A stretch of DNA of 26,231 bases from a virus. The stretch spans positions 1 to 26,231 of the IMG/VR virus record IMGVR_UViG_3300011737_000031. One strand, written 5' to 3'. Below, piece after piece: positions 1-6,218 of the stretch (position 1 is the stretch's first letter; every line of letters begins with the position of its first letter). The notes under the pieces were generated by a model that ran no database searches, was not told the origin of the DNA, and was given only the letters and a program-made list of their open reading frames with translations. The position numbers and the translations under genes are program-made.

Positions 1-1383
1 TTATAGATTCCAAGCGATTTCTACAGTATCCCCGTTGACATATATCTGTTTTATTAGCTTTTGAACAATAGCTTGTCTTTCGGGAAATTCAGCCGTTAAT
101 AAATCGAGTGAGTACTGTTTTAAATCGTCTTCACTTATCATATTTGTCTTTTTCTTCTCTTGGGCTACTTTCTTCCTGGTGAGTTCTAACTTTTCTTCTT
201 CTAATGCTTGAAATCTTTCAGCTAGCTTATTCTTATCCATTTTTTTAATGGTGTACAGATCAATTAATCGTCCTTCCTTGTCATCTATTTCTCTGAGTAA
301 TCTATCGTAGTCGACTAACTCCATTTCCTGATTAATAAAGGACTTATCAGTGATCATGTTGTTTATTCTATCCACTATTAAAGCTTCTAAGTTTTTTGAG
401 TTCCAATTTTTATTCGTGCATTTCTCATCATATTCAGCATGATACCTTCTTGCACGACACAAGTAATATCGGTACTTTTTTCCTCTGTCAGTACTGGTGA
501 AAGTGACGTAATTTTCTCCGCAGCAACCACACGTTATTAATCCAGTAAAAAGACTTTCTTTTGCTTTATTCGCATTTCTGCCTTTGTTTCTTGTTAATAG
601 CTCCTGGACTCTCTCAAACTGATCTTCAGAAATAATTGGTTCATGCTTACCAACATAATACTCACCTGCAAAACTTACATACCCGCAGTACAATCTATTG
701 TGTAAAATATCATGATATCGTCGGAACCTCCATACTTTGTATCCTAGTTCTTTTAATCGGTTCTGGACCTTAGTAATGGAGAGATATTGCTCGTATAAAT
801 CATATGCAAGTTTAATATGCTGTGCTTCATCTTTTTTTATTTCTAAATTCCCGTTAACTCGAGCATACCCTGCAGGGTCGTAATCTCCTCCGGATGTTCT
901 ATATCCATTTTCAGCACGCTTAATATGACCCATTCTCATACGCTCTGCAATAGTCTCTCTTTCAAGTTGAGCGAATACAGATAAAATACCTATCATAGCT
1001 TTTCCGAACGGTGTGGAAGTGTCTAGCGTCTCTGTAATGGAAACAAAATCCACATTATTCTTTAAAAAATGTTCTTCTATTAAATCAAGTGTATCCCTTT
1101 GAGAGCGTGATAGCCTGTCCAACTTATAAACCACTACAGCATCTACTTTATTTACGTCTTGTAGCATTCTCTGCAGGGCTGGACGGTCTGTATTTGATCC
1201 GGAATAACCAGGATCAATATAAACATCGTAAATGCCCCATCCCTTTGCCTTACAGTATGCTTCGATTCTTTCTTTTTGAGACTCAATACTGTAGTTTTCA
1301 ACTTGTTCTTGGGTACTAACCCGGATATACACCGCCACCTGCATTATTTCTTCTTTCTTATCTTTCTTTTGACGGACCAACAC
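1..1383 (-). CDS. int: Large serine recombinase (phage integrase)
   Basis: N-terminal resolvase-type catalytic domain (VAVYIRVSTQEQ, YKLDRLSRS). Cys-rich recombinase/zinc-ribbon region (CGCCGENY...YYLC) and a C-terminal coiled coil. GTG start at 1383 is preceded by GGGAGGAG at about 5 nt. The stop codon is at bases 1-3. Confidence 0.93.
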   Translation of the reverse strand: MLVRQKKDKKEEIMQVAVYIRVSTQEQVENYSIESQKERIEAYCKAKGWGIYDVYIDPGYSGSNTDRPALQRMLQDVNKVDAVVVYKLDRLSRSQRDTLDLIEEHFLKNNVDFVSITETLDTSTPFGKAMIGILSVFAQLERETIAERMRMGHIKRAENGYRTSGGDYDPAGYARVNGNLEIKKDEAQHIKLAYDLYEQYLSITKVQNRLKELGYKVWRFRRYHDILHNRLYCGYVSFAGEYYVGKHEPIISEDQFERVQELLTRNKGRNANKAKESLFTGLITCGCCGENYVTFTSTDRGKKYRYYLCRARRYHAEYDEKCTNKNWNSKNLEALIVDRINNMITDKSFINQEMELVDYDRLLREIDDKEGRLIDLYTIKKMDKNKLAERFQALEEEKLELTRKKVAQEKKKTNMISEDDLKQYSLDLLTAEFPERQAIVQKLIKQIYVNGDTVEIAWNL

Positions 1384-1401
1384 AATTTCTCCTCCCTATA
1401 C

Positions 1402-1425
1402 AAAAGGAGAGCCGTCGCTCTCCCC
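1402..1425 (-). terminator. Candidate intrinsic terminator between the repressor and integrase genes
   Basis: On the - strand, GGAGAGC-GACG-GCTCTCC (7-bp GC-rich stem, + coordinates 1406-1423) is followed by TTTTG. It lies 20 nt after the repressor stop codon. Confidence 0.5.
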
Positions 1426-1442
1426 GATGATTAAACATCTAG

Positions 1443-2036
1443 CTAGAAATTTAATACTACTTTTTTTAATCTTCCAATGATAAAGCTTTCGTTGGTATTA
1501 TCTACTATTCTAGGTGGGTATTTAGGATTTTCACTCTGAAGGACCAACTTGCCGTCGGAGTAGTAAACTCGTTTTAAGACTGCTTCTCCATCTAACCATA
1601 CGGCCGCAATTTCTCCACTTTCTACTGTTGATTGCTTTCTGATAAGTAGTAAGTCTCCATCAAAAATCCTTGCGTTGATCATGCTGTCACCTTTGGCACG
1701 TAAGTAGAAATATTCTCCTCCATTTAACCAAGATTTTGGCGTATCCTCATATCCTTCGATATCTTGGTATGCAATAGCTCCATTTCCGCAGCTTATCGCT
1801 CCTACGATTGGAAGCTTCACCATCGATTCAACCTTTTCTACACTTTCATCTGCAAATATTGCATCTATATCAACATTGTATGCAGCTGATAATTCTCTTA
1901 TTGTATCTAGGCTTGGTCTTCTTTTTTCATTCTCGTAATGAGAATACGTCTGCTTGCTGACTCCAATCTTCTTTGCAACTTCTTCTTGGGTCCAGCCTTA
2001 TATCTTTCTAAGCTCTCTCAATTTTTCCCCGTACAA
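1443..2036 (-). pseudogene. CI/LexA-like repressor (XRE-type HTH plus S24 peptidase domain) interrupted by an in-frame TAA at codon 13
   Basis: The track ORF 1443..1823 encodes only the S24 autopeptidase half (GDSM...KR). The same frame continues upstream as MYGEKLRELRKI*GWTQEEVAKKIGVSKQTYSHYENEKRRPSLDTIRELSAAYNVDIDAIF, a typical HTH_XRE. The TTG start at 2036 lies 8 nt after GGAGGTG. The TAA is the complement of 1998..2000. The length 1443..2036 is 594 nt, so it is in frame. Confidence 0.85.
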
Positions 2037-2061
2037 TTTTTTTTCACCTCCTTATGACCTA

Positions 2062-2090
2062 ATTTTACTTGATATAATAACGAATGTCAA
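2062..2090 (-). promoter_or_regulatory. Leftward sigma-A-type promoter for the repressor gene
   Basis: On the - strand, TTGACA (complement of 2085-2090), a 17-nt spacer, then TAAAAT (complement of 2062-2067). It sits just upstream of the repressor SD. Confidence 0.55.
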
Positions 2091-2102
2091 CTATGAGGCG
2101 AC
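2086..2102. promoter_or_regulatory. Operator copy 1 (GTCAAC-TATG-AGGCGAC)
   Basis: One of three copies of the 17-bp motif GTCAAC-N4-AGGCGAC. It overlaps the -35 of the leftward promoter. Confidence 0.6.
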
Positions 2103-2131
2103 ATTTTTATAAAAAAATTGTAATTTCTAAG

Positions 2132-2160
2132 TTGACATCAACATTTGGATGATTTATTAT
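2132..2160 (+). promoter_or_regulatory. Rightward early sigma-A-type promoter
   Basis: TTGACA (2132-2137), a 17-nt spacer, then TATTAT (2155-2160). It lies 40 nt upstream of the cro-like ATG. Confidence 0.6.
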
Positions 2161-2163
2161 TAA

Positions 2164-2180
2164 GTCAACAGATAGGCGAC
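2164..2180. promoter_or_regulatory. Operator copy 2 (GTCAAC-AGAT-AGGCGAC)
   Basis: Same 17-bp motif, placed immediately after the -10 of the rightward promoter, at the expected transcription start. Confidence 0.6.
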
Positions 2181-2200
2181 ATAAGAGAGGAAGTGATAAG

Positions 2201-2407
2201 ATGTCTTCATCAAGCATAGTAGAAGCGAAAAGAAAGTTACTAAAGTTAACGCAGGAAGAAATTGCAGCAGATCTGAAAATATCCAGACAGTACTACAACG
2301 CTATTGAGAATTTTAAAAGGGAGCCTTCTGTTGAGCTGGCTAAAAGGATAGCAGATAAGCTGGAGTTGGATTGGACCATTTTTTTTACTTCTGTAGTCAA
2401 CAATTAG
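2201..2407 (+). CDS. Cro-like XRE-family HTH regulator
   Basis: 68 aa with an HTH_XRE signature (LTQEEIAADLKISRQYYNAIENFKREPS). It is divergent from the repressor. SD AGAGGAAGTGA lies upstream. Confidence 0.8.
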   Translation: MSSSSIVEAKRKLLKLTQEEIAADLKISRQYYNAIENFKREPSVELAKRIADKLELDWTIFFTSVVNN

Positions 2408-2412
2408 GCGAC
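2396..2412. promoter_or_regulatory. Operator copy 3 (GTCAAC-AATT-AGGCGAC)
   Basis: Third copy of the 17-bp motif, spanning the stop codon of the cro-like gene, about 230 bp from copy 2. Confidence 0.5.
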
Positions 2413-2431
2413 TTTAAAAAGGAGGGTAAAC

Positions 2432-2533
2432 ATGGAAATCAACGAAAAGCAGAAACGAAAAGAACAAATAATGAGAGAGATTGTAAAGGAGTTGCTATCT
2501 AAGCCTACTCCCAAGAATAGGAGTTCCAAATGA
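2432..2533 (+). CDS. Small hypothetical protein (33 aa, MEINEKQKRKEQIMREIVKELLSKPTPKNRSSK)
   Basis: Not in the ORF track because it is shorter than 60 aa. Strong SD AAAGGAGGG lies 7 nt upstream of the ATG. Its stop overlaps the next ATG (ATGA at 2530-2533). Confidence 0.5.
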   Translation: MEINEKQKRKEQIMREIVKELLSKPTPKNRSSK

Positions 2534-2715
2534 TTGAAGTTACATCTATGAAAATAGGCGAATTTCCAGTAAATGTTCCTGTTGGGTTATCCAAGATGTT
2601 AGATGGTTGCTGGGTGAAGGAAAGAAAAATTCCAGCCATAGTAAACGAATATGAAAGCAAGACAGTTCGAAGAAACGGAGAGCTAGTAACCATCCTAACA
2701 AAGAAAAAAGCATAA
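2530..2715 (+). CDS. Hypothetical early protein (61 aa)
   Basis: Track ORF, translationally coupled to the preceding mini-ORF. No recognisable domain. Confidence 0.55.
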   Translation: MIEVTSMKIGEFPVNVPVGLSKMLDGCWVKERKIPAIVNEYESKTVRRNGELVTILTKKKA

Positions 2716-2808
2716 GTAATTTTGTAAATTGATGCGCTGTTAACCGAGCCAAAGACGGTGTTGTGTTGGTCCTTATAGCTAATAAGACGGTAGCTACGTC
2801 AATAAATT

Positions 2809-3051
2809 ATGGAAGGTGATCAGTTGGAAGCAACTTTAAAAGTAAAAGGCTTTTCTAAATTATCGGAAGTTCAAAAGGTTATGTTCTTACAAATCCATAA
2901 GAATCACATGAAAGCAATGGGCTCAGATAATCAAAAGAAATATGCATTAGAGAATGTTCAAAAAGTTGTTTGGGATAAGAGAGAGAATTGCCTCAAAGTC
3001 TATTACGAGGATAATTGGTGGCACTATGATACACGAGGTACCTGGTATTGA
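2809..3051 (+). CDS. Hypothetical early protein (80 aa; ends ...WWHYDTRGTWY)
   Basis: Track ORF in the early-gene orientation. An in-frame TTG at 2824 after GGAAGGTGA is an alternative start. Confidence 0.55.
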   Translation: MEGDQLEATLKVKGFSKLSEVQKVMFLQIHKNHMKAMGSDNQKKYALENVQKVVWDKRENCLKVYYEDNWWHYDTRGTWY

Positions 3052-3185
3052 TGCAATGTAAGAATCTCGAATGTAATAAGGATGCTAACCCATGGGGATA
3101 CTTTTGCTCCATAGAATGCGAAGTAGAACATACCGAACATCTAAATAGTTTGAACAACGATTCAAATGTTATCAAGGCTGAATAG
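3051..3185 (+). CDS. Small Cys-containing protein (44 aa, MQCKNLECNKDANPWGYFCSIECEV...), possible zinc-binding
   Basis: Its ATG overlaps the previous stop (TGATG). It has four Cys in a CX4C...CX3C pattern. It is below the track length cutoff. Confidence 0.4.
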   Translation: MQCKNLECNKDANPWGYFCSIECEVEHTEHLNSLNNDSNVIKAE

Positions 3186-3248
3186 CCTTTCCTTTTTACC
3201 TATCATGTCGAAAAATGCTGTCATTAAACATAGAAAGAAGGTGAAGTA

Positions 3249-3398
3249 ATGGCAATCAGTAAATGTCTTGTCGACTATGTGTCGGATGGTGACTTCTCAA
3301 CCAAGCTAAGCAACGTTGAGTATTCTACGAATCTTCGTGAGATTTTAACGGTCGGGGATATGCAAGAGCATTATTTGAAGGGAGGTGAGGCAAAGTGA
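3249..3398 (+). CDS. Small hypothetical protein (49 aa)
   Basis: SD GAAGGTGA lies upstream of the ATG at 3249. Its stop overlaps the GTG start of the next ORF (GTGA). Confidence 0.45.
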   Translation: MAISKCLVDYVSDGDFSTKLSNVEYSTNLREILTVGDMQEHYLKGGEAK

Positions 3399-3547
3399 TT
3401 AGCAAAGTAAATGTTTGGTACATGACGGAAGCAGAAAGATTAGCTTATATCAAAAAGCATCCGATTGTTCCAACTAAAAAAGCTAAAGTTGCTGTTTTTT
3501 CTAATATCTATTCATATGGAGAACGTGCAAAAAAGGATAAAAAATAG
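3395..3547 (+). CDS. Small hypothetical protein (50 aa, basic C-terminus)
   Basis: GTG start lies 5 nt after GGGAGGTGAGG. It is coupled to the preceding ORF. Confidence 0.45.
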   Translation: MISKVNVWYMTEAERLAYIKKHPIVPTKKAKVAVFSNIYSYGERAKKDKK

Positions 3548-3620
3548 GACCCTCACGCCAATAAGGGTCCAAGAAATTATGACTTATTAATACTATATCA
3601 CATGAGAGGAAGAAATATAG

Positions 3621-4103
3621 ATGAATTTTACAGTAACAGTTGATTTATCACCAAAATTTGAAAAAGCAATTCTTTTATTAGCATCCGTTTTAGGGGGACA
3701 AGCTGCTCAACCGTTACAGGGAGAAGGTCCTGCAAAGGTACAAGATGCACCAGTAAATAATGTTACACCTATTCAGCAACCGACACAACATGCACCACTG
3801 CAACAACCTGTACAGCAACCAGTATCTGAGCAACCGCAATATCAACAGGCTCCTCCTGTTCAGCAGCCACCTGTGCAACAGCAACAACAGTCTGCAGTAA
3901 CACCTGGAGGAGTTCCAACAACTGCACCTGCTTATAGCATGGAGGATTTAGCTAGAGCTTCCACTCAATTAATGGATGCTGGGAAACAGCAGGACCTTTT
4001 AAACCTATTGGCTCAGTTTGGAGCTCAATCCTTAATGCAGGTACCTCAAGAGCAATACGGGGCATTTGCTACGAAATTACGTGAATTAGGTGCAAAAATA
4101 TGA
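3621..4103 (+). CDS. Hypothetical replication-module protein with a long Q/P-rich low-complexity centre
   Basis: Track ORF with SD GAGAGGAAG upstream. Its stop overlaps the next ATG (ATGA). The central ~70 aa are dominated by Q, P and V (PIQQPTQHAPLQQPVQQPV...QQQQQ). Confidence 0.75.
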   Translation: MNFTVTVDLSPKFEKAILLLASVLGGQAAQPLQGEGPAKVQDAPVNNVTPIQQPTQHAPLQQPVQQPVSEQPQYQQAPPVQQPPVQQQQQSAVTPGGVPTTAPAYSMEDLARASTQLMDAGKQQDLLNLLAQFGAQSLMQVPQEQYGAFATKLRELGAKI

Positions 4104-5275
4104 GTGGTAATATCGCGCATTCCGAACGGTCTCATGCGCTATTATCGGCTAGTGCTTCTAAGCGTTGGCTAGCTTGCACTCCAAGTGTAAGGCTCGAAGA
4201 GCAGTTTCCAGATTCAACTTCTGTGTATGCGGAAGAAGGGACACTTGCCCATGAGATTGCCGAGTTGAAGTTGAGAAAACAATTTACAGAGCCTATGAGT
4301 AAAAGTACCTTCACTCGTCGACTCAACAAAATGAAAAAGCATGAGTTGTTCCAAGATGAAATGCTGCGTCACACAGACACTTACTTGGATTATCTAAAAG
4401 AATTAACGATTGGAATGTCCTCATTGCCTTATGTAGCAGTGGAGAAAAGGTTGAACTATAGCGATTATGCTCCTGAAGGATTTGGAACAGTCGATTGCCT
4501 GATTATAGGAGGGGAAACACTTTACATTACAGATTTTAAATACGGAAAAGGTGTTGCTGTTGATGCCGAGGACAATCCTCAAATGAAGTTATACGCGTTA
4601 GGAGCTTACCTGGAGTATGGATTCTTGTATCCTATTAAAAATGTTCATCTAGCAATCATTCAACCTCGTTTAGATAGTATTTCAGAATACGAGCTTTCTC
4701 TTGCTGATTTACTAGCATGGGGTGAAGAGATTAAGCCAATAGCACAAAAGGCTTTCGCTGGAGAAGGTGAATTTGTCCCAGGAGAACATTGCAAATTCTG
4801 TAAAGCAAAAGCACAGTGCCGAGCACGTGCAGAAGAGTTTAGTGCATTAGCTGATTTTACGGCTCTTAAACCGCCTTTACTTTCAAATGAGGAAGTTGGC
4901 CAAATGCTAGAAAAGGGGCAGCATATTGAAGCATGGATAAAAGCCCTTAAAGAGTACGCTCTTACTGAAGCATTAAAAGGGAATGAGATTGCTGGCTGGA
5001 AAGCTGTTGAAGGTAGAGGAACGCGCAATTATGTGGATATCGATAAAGCCTTTGATCACCTCAGAGTGAATGGTATCGATGAAGCTGTCTTATATGAGCG
5101 TGTACCATTAACCGTTCCTAAATTAGAAAAAGAGTTAGGTAAAAAAGAGTATAAGAGTTTACTAGAAGAGCCAGGACTTGTTGTAAAAACTTCAGGTAAA
5201 CCAACACTTGCACCTGCAGGTGATAAAAGACCAGCTGTAACACTAAATCCTGATGCATCGGAGGACTTTAAATAA
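4100..5275 (+). CDS. PD-(D/E)XK nuclease, DUF2800/Cas4-RecB-like, with a predicted 4-Cys Fe-S cluster
   Basis: Nuclease motifs VDCLII, ITDFKYGKG (D-x-K) and QMKLYALG (QxxxY). One N-terminal Cys (WLACTP) plus a C-terminal CKFCKAKAQC (CX2CX5C), as in Cas4/AddB. It occupies the usual position at the head of a DUF2800-DUF2815-PolA module. Confidence 0.87.
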   Translation: MSGNIAHSERSHALLSASASKRWLACTPSVRLEEQFPDSTSVYAEEGTLAHEIAELKLRKQFTEPMSKSTFTRRLNKMKKHELFQDEMLRHTDTYLDYLKELTIGMSSLPYVAVEKRLNYSDYAPEGFGTVDCLIIGGETLYITDFKYGKGVAVDAEDNPQMKLYALGAYLEYGFLYPIKNVHLAIIQPRLDSISEYELSLADLLAWGEEIKPIAQKAFAGEGEFVPGEHCKFCKAKAQCRARAEEFSALADFTALKPPLLSNEEVGQMLEKGQHIEAWIKALKEYALTEALKGNEIAGWKAVEGRGTRNYVDIDKAFDHLRVNGIDEAVLYERVPLTVPKLEKELGKKEYKSLLEEPGLVVKTSGKPTLAPAGDKRPAVTLNPDASEDFK

Positions 5276-5385
5276 TGGGCGAGATAGCTGAAATGATAAT
5301 AAATGGTCTCTTATGTGAACAATGCGGTTCTTTTATCGATGACGAAGAACCAGGCCATCCAAGAAAATGTGAGGACTGTGATTAA
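5275..5385 (+). CDS. Mini zinc-ribbon protein (36 aa, ...CEQCG...KCEDCD)
   Basis: Two CxxC pairs. TAATG overlaps at both ends (5273-5277 and 5383-5387). It is below the track cutoff. Confidence 0.5.
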   Translation: MGEIAEMIINGLLCEQCGSFIDDEEPGHPRKCEDCD

Positions 5386-5474
5386 TGGGAGACATTGCAG
5401 ATTATCACGTTGATCAATATACCTCAGGTAGATGGGGTATGCCAATAAACCAAACAAAAAGGAGAAATGAAAAC

Positions 5475-6218
5475 ATGTCAAATCCAACTCGAATCGTAAC
5501 AGGTGAAGCAAGATTAAGCTATGTAAATCTATTAACTCCAAGAGCAAGACAAGATGGTGGAGAAGCAAAATACAGCGTAACAATCCTTGTACCAAAATCG
5601 GATGTACAGACGAAACAACGTATCGATGCTGCCATCGATGCAGCAAAACAAATTGGTAAAGATAAAAAATGGAACGGTGTGATTCCTCCGATGGTTGCCC
5701 TTCCTGTCTATGACGGTGACGGGGTAAAACCTTCTGACGGTATGCCATTTGGTCCAGAGTGTAAAGGTCACTGGGTATTCAGTGCATCATCTAAGGCTGA
5801 TCAACCACCTAAAATTGTGGATGCTAACCTTAATCCAATCGTAGATCCAACAGAAGTATATAGCGGAATGTACGGCCGCGTAGCTGTTAACTTTGCACCA
5901 TATGCAGCACAAGGGAAAAAAGGTATCGGTTGCTATCTATCTACTAATGTGCAAAAAACACGTGACGGTGAGCCGTTAGGTGCGGCAGCTCCAGCTGCAG
6001 CTGATGATTTCGGTGGAGGAGCTCCACAGCAACCAGCATACCAACAACCGCAATACCAACAGCCACAGTATCAACAACCGGAACCAAATATTCAAATGCC
6101 TTATGGTATGCAAGGACAACCGCAACAGCCTGCACCTGGTCAATACCAACAACCACAAATTGACCCGATTACTGGACAACCAATTAACAACGGTAACGGT
6201 GGCGTGTACGGAATATGA
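5475..6218 (+). CDS. DUF2815-family ssDNA-binding-like protein with a Q/P-rich C-terminal tail
   Basis: The family-typical N-terminus MSNPTRIVTGEARLSYVNLL starts at ATG 5475, 8 nt after AAAGGAG. The track ORF's extra 30 aa (from 5385) have no such support. The protein follows the DUF2800 gene, as is usual for this module. Confidence 0.8.
   Translation: MSNPTRIVTGEARLSYVNLLTPRARQDGGEAKYSVTILVPKSDVQTKQRIDAAIDAAKQIGKDKKWNGVIPPMVALPVYDGDGVKPSDGMPFGPECKGHWVFSASSKADQPPKIVDANLNPIVDPTEVYSGMYGRVAVNFAPYAAQGKKGIGCYLSTNVQKTRDGEPLGAAAPAAADDFGGGAPQQPAYQQPQYQQPQYQQPEPNIQMPYGMQGQPQQPAPGQYQQPQIDPITGQPINNGNGGVYGI

Noticed and set aside
1089-1319. 76-aa + strand ORF inside the integrase gene
   Set aside because: It is antisense to the well-supported serine recombinase, with no SD and no motifs.
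2505-3175. Track - strand ORFs in the early region (2505..2693, 2546..2752, 2993..3175)
   Set aside because: They are antisense to coupled + strand ORFs downstream of the rightward promoter. They have no SDs, and nothing suggests leftward transcription here.
3174-3200. Short hairpin AAGGCT-GAAT-AGCCTT followed by TCCTTTTT at the end of the 44-aa ORF
   Set aside because: The stem is 6 bp and the T-run is interrupted. A weak terminator or attenuator is possible, but the evidence is not strong enough to list it as a feature.
5385-5474. N-terminal extensions in the track for several genes (5385, 8732, 9615, 16944, 20908, 22928)
   Set aside because: In each case an internal ATG with a better-placed SD, and for DUF2815 and the MazG-like protein a family-typical N-terminus, is more plausible. 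The extensions overlap upstream ORFs.
4132-5771. Track - strand ORFs inside the nuclease and DUF2815 genes (4132..4329, 4660..5028, 5311..5748, 5532..5771)
   Set aside because: They are antisense shadows of well-supported + strand genes. None has an SD or recognisable motifs.
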